A DNA stretch of 64,000 nucleotides from the NCBI GenBank assembly GCA_964016885.1, contig OZ024740.1, forward strand, positions 31,186,001 to 31,250,000, read 5' to 3'. The translations under genes and the position numbers were made by a program. Under the pieces are notes generated by a model. That model had not been told where the DNA came from and searched no databases. It was given only the letters and a program-made list of their open reading frames with translations. Positions 52,736 to 64,000 of this stretch are shown here, piece by piece (position 1 is the stretch's first letter; every line of letters starts with the position of its first letter). This DNA comes from Eledone cirrhosa (lineage: Eukaryota).

Positions 52736-55700
52736 ATCATCATCATCATCATCTCTCCAATTGTCACGGTCCTTCGTCATCTCCTTGGTGAGTTTCAGCG
52801 ATCTGAGGTCTGCTCTCACCACCTCTGCCCATGTTTTTCATGGTCTACCTCTACTGCGTCTTCCTTCTACTGGGATTTCTTGGCACTTCTTTACCCACCA
52901 GTCATCCTCCATGTGCACCACATGCCCATACCATCTCAGCCTTCTCGCCTGCACACCACAACTTATCTCTTTGATACCCAGTTTCTTTCTCAACTCGTCT
53001 ATGCTTGGTCGTTCATGCACATCCAACGGAGCATGCCTGCTTCATTTCTCTCCAGCCGTCACATTATCCCTGCAGTTGCTGCCCATGTCTCCCTACCATG
53101 CAACATCGCGCATCTCACACAGGCATCATATAACCGTCCTTTCGTACGCAGGGAGAAACCTTCTTCGTCAGCAGAGGAAGCAGCTCCCTAAACTTCTTCC
53201 AACCCATCTTTATTCTAGATACTATGGCCTCGGAACACCTCCCTCCCATGCTAATCTGATCTCCTAGGTACCGGAAGCTATCAACCACTTCTATAGCACA
53301 CACCTGCATTTGAAAAATGTGTCTATCAATGCGACTTCTGTCAAATTTCCCTGTACATCTACTGCATACATATTTCTCCCTACCTGTTAGTTTGCCTGCT
53401 ATCCCACTACATCTCTTGTGTATCCAGGATCTGCATTGTGTGCATTTTATAGAATTTATGCCAGTTCCTTTTCTGCATATCGAACATAGCCATTTCCCTG
53501 ATGGAATCAGAGTTTTGTCCTCTTTTCTACTCATCAACACTTTTGTCTTAGCTAGGTTCCCTCTCAGGCCTCTTGATTCCAACTGCTGTTTCCATAGCCA
53601 GAATTTATTCTCGAGCTCCTCTACTGATTCTACTATGAGAACCAGATTGTCAGCATAGAGAAGTTCCCATGGACAGCCAGTCTTAAACTCCTCTGTTATG
53701 GCTTGGAGGACTATAATGAACAAGACCGGGCTGAGGATCGAACCCTGATGTACTCCTACTTGTATCTGGAATTCCTCACTAAACTCCATTCCTACCCTGA
53801 CTTTACTGACAGCACCTCTGTACAAAGCTTGCACTGTCCTTACAAGCCATTCCTCAACACCTAGTTTTCTTAGGGACCACCAGATGACAGATCGGGGTAC
53901 CCTATCAAAAGCCTTCTCTAGGTCAACAAAAGCTAAGTATAGTGGCTTATTCAAGAACCTCTCTTGTAATTGTCTCACCAAGAAGAGGGCATCTGTTGTA
54001 CTTTTCCCAGGCACAAAACCAAACTGCATCTCATCTAGTTTGAGCCTTTCTCTAATTAGTTGCGTTAATATCCTTTCTGCCACTTTCATAACCTGATCCA
54101 TCAGTTTTATACCCCTATAATTGCTCCTCTCCAGAGCATCCCCTTTACCTTTGTAGCAATTTATGAGAATACTGCTGCAACAGTCTTTGGGTATAACACC
54201 ATCATATATAGCCTGATTGATGCGTGCAACCAGTTTAGTTCCTACGTCCCCCAATGCCTTCAGCATCTCAGCAACTATCCCCGACGGTTCAGCGGCCTTA
54301 CCATTTTTCATTTCTTTAAACGCCTCTTGGACCCTATATTTGTCAATCTCAATAGCTGGTCCCTCTGTCGGATCTACTGAGGGTTATTTCTCTCTCACAT
54401 TCATTATCCACATTCATCAGTCTCTCATAATGACATTTCCAGGCCTCCTTTTTCTGATCATTCGTGACACTAAGTACACCGGCATCATTCCGGGCACACT
54501 TATCTCCAACAACATCCTGATTTGCATTGACACACTGCCTTGCAATGTGGAACACTGCACCCCTCTGATCTTCCCGTCGCAGAACATTGGCAAACCTCCT
54601 ACTCTCAGCCTCCCTGCGTGCTAAGTACACCTGACATCTAGCTTCCCTCTTAGTGGCTGTATATCCTTCTCTACTCCCACCATTTTCCCAAGCATTCCAT
54701 GCTAGTCTTTTGTCTTTAATGGCCCTATCTACTGTGCTGTTCCACTACCAGGTCACTCTCTGTCTGGTTGGAGCTCTGCTCCAGCCACAAGTTTCATCAG
54801 TAGCCTGCAGTAAGTTGTCACGTAAGAAATTTCAGCTATCATCTATGTCATACGACTCTAAATCGTCTTCTTTTTTGTCATAAACATCTTGAAGGGCTTT
54901 CCTAAATTTGTATTTTAGAGAAAGGTCTTTTAGCTTCCAGATCTATCTTCTCCACACCTTCCTGTATGTCTCATTCTGTCTCTTGCTTACTGAGATATCA
55001 CTAACGACTAACCTATACTGTGGGGTACACTCTTCCCCAGGGAATGCCTTGGTATTTGACACCATCTGCCTGTCCCGCTGCCTAACTAGTAAGAAGGGAA
55101 TCCGGCTTATGTGCTCGCCTGATTTGTAGGTTATTAGGTGGTTGGCAGGTTTCTGGAAGTTAGTGTTGCAAATGGTTAGTGCACTTGGATCATAAAATGC
55201 AAGAAGTCTATCTCTTTCATTTCTTGAGCCGTAACCGTGCCCACCATGTACCCCAGTGTAACCATCCTGGAGCTATCCAACATGACCATTGAAGTCCCCT
55301 GCTAGCATAATGGTGTCTCCGTCCTCTGTCATTGCGACTGTTTGTAAAAGTTGCTCGTAAAAGCAGTCTTTCTCTTTTTTACCTAGGCCTGCCTGGGGAG
55401 CATAAGCAGAGGTGATTGTCAGTAGTCTCTTGCCTACAACTAATCTAAGCTTAATTATTCTATTATTAACTCAAACTACCTCTATTGTCTTATCGATCCA
55501 TCTCTCAGCCAGGAAAATGCCTACTCCCTCTAACCCATCATCCTTACCTACCCAGAAAAGCTTATAATTAAGATGTTTGCCTGCGATTAGTCTCACAGAG
55601 GCACCTCTCCATCTCACCTCTTGCACGCAGCACACATCCACATGCCTTCTCTCTAGCATCTCCGCTATTTCACCAGATCTACCTGTGAGAGTACCATCAT

Positions 55701-56000
55701 TAAGTGTGGCAACTCTGTGATGCAACGTCTTCATATTCTTGTTGCTTTTCCTGTAGTGCGATTGCTTGAAGACGGTCGGTGGGTTCTCGCACATGGCCGT
55801 ACCAGCCACCCGACTACCATGCGCAGCCCTAACATGGTTAGTGTTATTGCGATATATATTTGTTGTTGTACTCATATTGTTTTGGTATTAATACACTGGT
55901 TGGATGCCCTTCCTAACACCAGTGCCACTTTACAGCATGGACTGGGTGCTGTTATTCGTGCCACCAGCACTAGAGAGGATGTCTTACTGGACTCATGGAC
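52735..56000 (-). mobile_element. Near full-length RTE family C LINE (APE + RT), degraded
   Basis: APE: RVATLN..TLTGR, VCCVQEVRW, EGVGIFL, SAYAPQ, LAGDFNGHVG. RT: 398-aa ORF 53115-54311 with AFVDLEKAFD, GVHQGSILSP, LLYADN. C-terminus to about 52750. Confidence 0.95.
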
Positions 56001-56441
56001 CCTCTCTACCCCTCCATTTTACAGCATGGTCATAACAATAATAACAATAACAATAACACTCTTAATAATTTTTAATTAATGCAATTGTGCAATGCCTGTG
56101 CGTGAAGAATATTTTTTAAAGTGAAGAAAGACTGTGCACTGAGCCAATTTCACTCTCTGAGCAACAGTAACTATAACCTGAAAAGAAGAAAAGATCAACA
56201 TCATCGGTAACTACTGAGTCGCAGGTTTTATGTCGGAGTTACCCAGTTTCCTGAGATGCCTTCTAGAAGAATGCTCTGACAAGGGCTTGGGGTCCTTCAC
56301 TCCCAGTGGTTTAACTGCGCGATTGGGTATCCAGCCCGATTATTTCTATGTCCCCACACATGGACCTATTATTTTTATCTAAAGACATTTTTTCCAATTC
56401 CATCCCACCCATCCCCTCAATCTATTTTATTTCTCATTCTT

Positions 56442-56477
56442 TCTTCTGATGAAGGACTAGCGTCCGAAACGTTAAGA
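56442..56477 (+). ncRNA. Minimal type I hammerhead ribozyme motif in a PLE pLTR-like remnant
   Basis: TCTT-CTGATGA-A-GGAC tagc GTCC-GAAAC-GT-T-AAGA, palindromic stem III ACGT. The downstream 110 nt is shared with 35078-35200. Confidence 0.8.
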
Positions 56478-56574
56478 CCCTCTTCCTGCTATATCAAGCG
56501 TTAACCTAATATATACCTTCCATATACTGTACCGATTGTGTTGTTATTTCTGTTTACCTTTTACATACATACAT

Positions 56575-56621
<47 letters not shown>

Positions 56622-56999
56622 ATATATATATTTGCATGTGCGTGTTAAACAATGAAAGTATAAGACATGGCACAGTAGTTAATTAATCCATTGTTTTACA
56701 ATCATTTCAGAGTGCAAAATTATCAATGTGCAGACCAATCGGTGACCTCCATTCTGTCATCAATCCTCAGGTACTTTGTTTCTGAGGACAGATGGCAGAC
56801 TGGATGTGCTTTTTGAGGCTAATGGTATGGAGTTGCATAACTAACATCGATTGTTTAACAATATATATCTGATTCTAGTTCTGAATACTTAACGACATAT
56901 AATGTGATATCATCCTTTGGCAACAATAGATTCTACTTTACTTTAGAGGGATATTCACATCAACACTATCTCTCTAGGGCAGGTAAAATTCCCGAGATC

Positions 57000-57320
57000 C
57001 ATATCCCGCGTCTTCCAGAGGCCAGTGTCTGTCCTTAGGGCGTCAACATATGTCATCCTCAGTCTCCCTCTTCCAGTGTGTCCATGTAGGGGCTCCCACA
57101 AGACCACTGAGTGCAGTGTCAACTCTGAATGTCAGTGAGCATGTCCAGCTAACATCAATCTCCTCTGTGTCACTTTCAAGCTGACTTTTGGGAGGCTCCC
57201 GTACAACTCTAAGTTCTTCATCCTTGGTGTATACTGATTAATGTTCAGAGCCATCCTCAGCATCCTCATGTAGCACCCATCCCCCATCTGAGTGAGTCTC
57301 TTGGTCAGTGTCCAAGTCCA
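57000..57320 (-). mobile_element. Old RTE-like LINE C-terminus
   Basis: GCYMRMLRMALNIN...ELYGSLPKVS..RRLMLAGH...VVLWEPLHG..GRGRLRMTYVDAL. Confidence 0.75.
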
Positions 57321-57739
57321 TACTATATTGAATTCTTAAAGAGCTATAAATTCTACCTTGATTAGGTATAACGTTAATGAGAGAATGAAATTATAATTTA
57401 ACAGATTTTTATTCACATACTTGCTTGAGACATGTTTCACAATTGAACAGCTCAAAGCTACATGTAGTTATGTAATGCCTTTGCAACATATCGCTTGACC
57501 CTAATTCAATTGACTCAACAGATGCTTATACAAACCCAGTCCACACATCTCAAGTATGTGAATAAAAATCTGTTAAACTAAAACTTCAATGTCTCATTTT
57601 TCATATAAACACTGTGTTTCATATGGTAATACCAAAAGGATGACAGTATAACTCCCCACACTTGTCTATACCAAACAGAAATCATGTAACTGCATAGACT
57701 GCTGAATTTGGTAACACCATTGATTATTACTCAGTAACC

Positions 57740-58040
57740 AGACTATATATATATAAAGAAAGAAAGACAGAGCTTAGATGAACTGAGGGAGAAACTTGGT
57801 TTAAGAGGAATCCAAAGTGGTGTGCAAGAGAGAAGACACTATTGGTACGGTCATGTGATGCACAAGGGTGATGATCGATGGGTGAAGAAGTGCCAGGAAA
57901 TGCCAGTGGAAGGAAGCCACAGTAGAGGTTGACCAAGAAAGTCCTGGGCAGAAGTGGTGAAAGCTGACCTCAAATCTCGGAGACACGCAGAGATAACAAA
58001 GGAACGCAACAAGTGGAGAGATGCTGTACTGAAAAGGACC
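57740..58040 (+). mobile_element. Degenerate RTE C-terminal fragment
   Basis: LDELREKLG...VQERRHYWYGHV...WVKKC. Confidence 0.75.
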
Positions 58041-58611
58041 CTTGTGGACTGGGCACTTTTTGTTGTGTTACTAGCATGACCACCTTACAGTATGAACTGG
58101 GTGCTTTTTGTTGTATCACCAGTACAACCTCCTTACAGTGTGAACTGGGTGCTTTTTGTCGTATCACCAGTAGGACCTCCTTATAGTGTGGACTGGGTTC
58201 TTTTTCTCATTTCATCATCATAATCACCTTACAGTATAGACTGGATGCTTTTGTTGCTGTGGCACCAGATCAGCATACAGGTTGGCACCAGATCAGCATA
58301 TAGGTTGGACTTTGTGCTTTTTGTCATGACAGAGCATTGTGGGAGGTCAGATATGGAATGTATCCAACTTTCATGGGCTACATATGTGAGGTGTATCGGG
58401 GAGTAGGGGACTGGCAGGTAAGCGAGTTCAATATATATATCATCAATGTTTAGCGCCCATTTGTCCATGCTTGCATGGGGTAGATGGGTCGTCCACATCA
58501 GGATACAAGTCTGGCCAGAATTGGCCATGCCATACTTTGTTCCGATGGGACTGTAAATTTGGCCTGGGATTTTACAGTTGGATGCCCTTCCTAACACCAA
58601 CCATATTTACA

Positions 58612-58659
<48 letters not shown>

Positions 58660-58667
<8 letters not shown>

Positions 58668-59015
58668 GAAATTATTGGGTACAGTGCTCAGGTGCATTAA
58701 AATTCGTCAAATGTGCATATATAGTACATAGAATAATGTACAAATGTCAGGGAAGTGAATAGTGTATGAGTCATGATATACATGTGTGCGTGTGTATGGA
58801 GGGGGAATATCAGGTGTAGTGTTGGCAAATTTCAGAAAGCATGGAGGTTTTAAAGGATGCAGTGTCTCGACAGCTAACAACTGATGCAGCTAGTTTGTTC
58901 CATGCTTCAGCAACTCTGAGCGTGAAAAAATGTTTCCGAAAGTCATCGGAGCTGTGCTGTTTTCTGATTTTGTGGGCATGTCCATGTGTGTTAGACACAT
59001 GGACATCAAAAAGGT
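58660..59015 (-). mobile_element. CR1 3' end
   Basis: SNTHGHAHKIRKQH...FFTLRVAEAWNKL plus 3'UTR. Confidence 0.9.
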
Positions 59016-59106
59016 TTTAACAGGAAGAATGGTTGAGGTACATGTATATATTTAAGAGGAGCATTTCATACTTATATGCTCCTCCATCTTAGCAGTATTA
59101 TATAGA

Positions 59107-59599
59107 TGTAGTAGTCCTATTATAATTACCAGTTGAGCAGAGTTACAGAAGTAGTGATGTAATAGTTATAGCGCCATGAGTAACCAGTTCGGTAGAAAGA
59201 TATGGTAGGAATATCGACAACGACTTTATCTTGTTTTACATTATTTATTAACAAAGGTTGAGCTGTGTAGAGCTGAGTAGAACTGAGTAGAGCTGGCATG
59301 CCAAGACAAATAAAACAAACGAATTAAAATTTCAGAAGGCACGGTCTACTGGCTGAAGTGTTGCCAGGCCGTGGTTAAATTGTTGTGTTACATGTTGGCT
59401 AGTGATTTCACGGCGAAAGAAAGTTAGTTGTTTACCTTTCCACGGTCAGGATGCAAGAGAGCAATTTCTCGAATCAACACGGGAATTTTCCCTGCAGGGC
59501 GCATAGAGATACATTCTCCTCCGCTGGCGGTCATTGGCTGGGCTGAGCCAAATAACGCATGGAGAATGTATATGAGCCTGCGGAATGTAGGTCACTACA
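59107..59599 (-). mobile_element. Possible solo LTR
   Basis: TGTAGT...ACTACA inverted termini, minus-strand AATAAA near 59245, higher GC than flanks. No TSD found. Confidence 0.35.
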
Positions 59600-59722
59600 A
59601 GGTGCTCAGGGTTGTTGTTGGCAAGGTGTATATTTATATATGCAACACGCCAATCACTAAGTAAATTATAAATATATATCTATGTATATATGTGTGTATA
59701 TATATATATACATACACACACA

Positions 59723-59828
<106 letters not shown>

Positions 59829-59945
59829 CATATATATGTGCATGTATGTGTGTGCGTGTATATATATATCAGATAGGGTGTGGTAAAATACCAGGTGGAC
59901 CATAACCCACCAGAGTACTCGATACTTAGGTTAGTAGAGTGGGTA

Positions 59946-60051
59946 ATATGAAAGGATTCAAGACCCCGATGGCTGTGCTCTGGCCATTTTGACAGCTAAA
60001 TCTGTTGAGATGGCTGGAGCTCAGCCGTTGGGGTCCTGAATCTTTTCATAT
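59946..60051 (+). other. 50-bp stem hairpin with 6-nt loop
   Basis: Arms 59946-59995 and 60002-60051; 8 of 10 non-Watson-Crick positions are G:U on the plus strand. Confidence 0.8.
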
Positions 60052-60829
60052 ATATATATATATAATCATCATGAGGAAATGAGATTGATGAATGATCAAA
60101 TGATTATAATCACCAAGTTTTTCCTGGTGAAAAATATACTTCCTAACATAAAGTAGTTATCAGTAACCTTAGTGTAAGGGCTAGATGGACTCAGAAGCAA
60201 AGCTGATCTGGAGAAGAAAGTTATGGAAGTTAAAAGAACCTTCAACTGGTAACAAATTCAGAGAAATCCTACTTTAGGCCTACAACAGTAAGGAAGGGGA
60301 AATGGAAACCTATAGTGTAGTGGAAAATTAGGCTTTGTTATGAGACAATCTACTGAAAGCCATGAGGCTGATCTGTGGTTGGTGTAAGGTCCCAGCAAGA
60401 TGGAGAGTGAAGTAGCTAAAAGAGAGGCTTGGAAATCTAGAAATAACTCAGAAAGGATAGGAGGCAGGTATACTTAGGGTAAAGAGTCCCTTTGGTCATG
60501 AATGACCATGGGATTTGCTCCTAGAAAGTTTTCCCTGCAAGACAAGTCTGGGCAAAGTTGTTTGCAGAAAACCAGCAGTTGCCTATGCATACCAGCCTCC
60601 CTTCTTCAAGCCACCGATATTGTCCAAGGGAAAGGCAATGGCCGATACAGCTTGGCACCAGTGACGTTGCAACTCATTTCTACAGCTGAGCAAACTGGAG
60701 CAACATGAAATAAAGTGTCTTGCTCATGGACACAATGCATCACCTGGTCCGAGAATCGAAATCACAACCTTCCAATTGCAAGCTCAATGTTCTAACCACT
60801 AAGCCATGTATACTCAGGGAGGGGAGAAG

Positions 60830-62570
60830 TAGAAAAGAAGATGTTTGCATATGTATAACATTGTGAAGATTGGAGGCAGGAAGTGTTCTGGATTGAAATG
60901 GTGTTGAGGAAAAGTGTATTCAAAATGAAAACACTTTTCAAAATGACTGAAGCTGAAAAGAAAAGTGCACGGAAGTTCTATTACAAGAGACTGTTGAATG
61001 AAGGGAATAAATAAGACAGTGAATGCCTACTTCATGTAGATCCAACTGAAGTCTAGCCATAAAAGTTGACCATAGAGTGATTAAGGATATGAAAATATAG
61101 TTGCTAAGATGCTAAAAACACCCAGTATGGTAGGTTACATGCTAGTTAGATACATAATTAATCAAGTAGTACAAAATGGTGTTGCACCCAATTATTGGGA
61201 CATCAGTATCATTGTAAACAGCTACAAGGGCAAAGGAGACACACTAGAAAGAAATAACTAGAGAGACATCAAGTTAACAGACAGGTCATGAAAGTTACTG
61301 AAAGAGTTATAGTGCATCTAATTAGGGTTAGAATTAAGCTAGTTAGGTGTGCTACTGATGCCCTCTTTCTTGTGAGACAACTACAGGAGAAGTACTTAGC
61401 TAAGAGGAAACTTCTGTACTTGGAATTTGTGGATCTGCAGAGAGCCTTTGACAGTGTCCCCTGCTACATAATGTGGTGACTAATAGGGAAGCTAGGTGTA
61501 GATGAATGGCTTGCAGGGGTCATGCAAGCTATATAGAGATGTGCAACCAGCAAGATGAAAGTTGGTAATGAGTTCAGTGATGAATTTGAAGTGCAGCTGG
61601 AGGCTCAATAAGGCTCAGTCTTCAGTCCACTCATGTTTATCATATTTTTCTCCAGACCATAACAAAATTTTAAGACTAACACCTTATGGGAACTCCTATA
61701 TGCTGATGATCTTGCATTTATAGCCAAATCAGTGGAAGAGTTAGAGGTGAAATTTCAGCTATAGAAAAAAAACCTAGAATTGAAAGGCCTGAAAGTCAAC
61801 TTAGCATAGACTAAAGTCTTGATAAGTAGGAAAGAAGACTGGAACCTGATACTGTCAGTGAAGTGGCCTTGTTTGATATGTCGAAAAGTGGTGGGTAGAA
61901 ATTTCAAAAGTTGCTAACAGTGACGTCTATGGACATACAAGGGATGAAATTAAATTACAGGTAGGTTAATGGGAAAAAATAGATTTTGTATGTGGCAGAT
62001 GCACAGGAAAGTAAGCACTAAGAGCACATGTGAAATAGATTGTTTCAACTACCTGGGAGGCTCTCTAAAAGTTTTTGCCAGCTATTACCTAGGTGACCTA
62101 ATCATCAGTGTTGGGGGATGCTCTAAAAATGTGGTAGCCAGTAAGAATGGGCTGAAAGACGTTTAGGGAGCTAGTACCTCTACTGATAACAAAGTACCTC
62201 TCTCAGAGTGAAGTGTAGACTGTATGACGTCTGCAGAGGAATTACCATGCTACATGACAATGAGATATTGACAGCAGAAGACATGCAAAGACTAGAAAAA
62301 ATGAAAAAGCATGCTCCAGTGGATGTGCAATGAATAGCATAGCATAGGCAAACAGGAAAACTCTATAAGAATGGATCAATGGTGTGAACCATTGTATAAG
62401 GAAAATTAAAGCTGCATAAAAAAATGCTGGGATATCTCGGTGAATGGTACTCATGGAAGAGGCAGATATAGGATAAAATAGTGAAGACTGACCTTAGGGA
62501 GCTGAATCTCACAATAGAGATGACAAAGGGCTGCAAGGGTTGATGACATGTGGTACTGGAGAAGACAAGT
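60830..62570 (+). mobile_element. Old, heavily degraded RTE LINE
   Basis: MKVTERVI..LIR, ALFLVRQLQEKYLAK, EFVDLQRAFD, WELLYADDL. Confidence 0.85.
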
Positions 62571-63796
62571 CTGCCAGCACAAATATGCAACCTTCACCCC
62601 TCCTCCCACTTTTGCTTCTTAGAAACTACTCCTACCATCACTACATGCTCCTGCTATACCAATGATACAAAAGGTCACAAAAACTCCTTCAGCTTTGTCA
62701 AAGATATGAGAACATCCCTGGTACTGGTGCTACAATAATATGCACCTAATGCACTTGGTAGAATGCAGGAATATATATAAGCATGATGTGGTCCCATGCC
62801 TTGTCTGAGGGAGCAACATGATAAAATGCACCTGGTGCTCTTAGAAGAGAGTAGGAATATATATAAGTGAGATGAAGGCACTCTCGCCTAAGGGAGAGGT
62901 CTGTAGCTCTGATTAAGTACTGTCTTTATCTGTGACAACCCATCCAACCATGGTGAGCAAGGAAAACATGTTAAATGATGATGATGATAATGATGATGAT
63001 ACACACACACACACACGTATATATATATATATATATATATGGAGGCACATAGCTTAGTGGTTAGAGCATTGGCCTTGCAATCGAAAGGTTGTGAGTTGAC
63101 CGGGTGATGTGTTGTTTCCTTGAGCAAGACACTTTATTTCGCATTGCTCCAGTTTACTCAGCTGTAGAAATAAGATAATAGGGACTGGGGTCCCTATCAT
63201 TCCACTGCAAAGTGGTCGTGGAGGTGCCACGGCAAAAAAGTACCCAGCACTCACTGTAAATGAGGTTGGTGTTAGGAAGGGCATCCAGCTGTAGAAATCA
63301 AGCCAGAATCAGTTCCTGTCCCACCCTTGCAAGCTGAGAAAAGCGGACATAAAATGAAATGAAATGATGAAATGATGATATATATATATACGTATATTTG
63401 TGTTTGTATATATATATTGTAGTTGATATGAAACATTGTGAGATATGTAATAAAAATACGATAATTTTCAACAAGCCAGCACAACGTGGTAGGAAAATAC
63501 AAAGGGCAAATGATGAAAAATTCAGGGCTATCAGCCTCTTTTCAAATGTGGGGATGAAACAGTTCAAAACAAGACAACCGATCGATGTGTTTTTCATTAA
63601 TTGGCCTACATGTCTGAAATATTTTGCTATACATACATACATTTATTTTGCAAGGTTTTTTATATGAAATTGTGTGTTGAAAATATATATTTCTGGCAAT
63701 ATTATAACAACATGACCCTCCCCAAATATAACAATCCATATATATATATATACAATGTATTAACAAATGGAAACTATATTTATAAAAGCATATTTA

Positions 63797-63858
63797 TTTT
63801 ATTATACATATTTCAAGGGCCACCAAGGCGAATTATGGTGCGCTTTCATCAGATAAAA
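63797..63858 (-). ncRNA. Minimal type I hammerhead ribozyme motif
   Basis: Minus strand: TTTTAT-CTGATGA-AAGCGCACCA...TGGTGGCCCTT-GAA-ATA tg TAT-A-ATAAAA. Same stem I and AUA site as 52457-52522, different stem II. Confidence 0.75.
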
Positions 63859-64000
63859 TACAATACAGATTAGTTTTATAAATAAACATTGACATACCCT
63901 GAAAAAAGACAACCTTAACGGTTGGAGCTTCCTATCAGTTATAAAAGTTTTTAAGCTTGTTGAATACCAACAAATTAAATATAACCTCTGCATATATATA

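Noticed and set aside
63816-63873. Apparent plus-strand exon (GHQGELWCAF / GPPRRIMVRF)
   Set aside because: All frames stop quickly, and the GC-rich patch is explained by hammerhead stem II on the minus strand.

Overview
AT-rich, repeat-dense animal genomic DNA. The SINE/RTE repertoire and (TA)n/(CAT)n microsatellites suggest an octopod cephalopod (inference). One host gene is well supported: CISD3/MiNT (two CDGSH [2Fe-2S] motifs) on the minus strand, with exons at 49428-49487 (probable), 41840-42034 and 39453-39647. Just upstream is a candidate bidirectional promoter with an RFX X-box and a possible divergent plus-strand first exon. Most other sequence is transposon-derived: several RTE LINE families (one near full length), CR1 LINEs, two Penelope-like elements (PLEs) with inverted pseudo-LTRs, tRNA-derived SINEs, head-to-tail Helitrons, piggyBac-like and Tc1/pogo-like MITEs, and minisatellites. 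The most notable hidden signal is a set of minimal type I hammerhead ribozyme motifs: five with intact cores (22760-22800, 33886-33976, 52457-52522, 56442-56477, 63797-63858) plus decayed or half copies, several inside fold-back remnants. Hammerheads are a known PLE feature, so I do not claim a wholly new system. Most ORFs in the supplied track are microsatellite or antisense-TE artefacts. TE boundaries are approximate.
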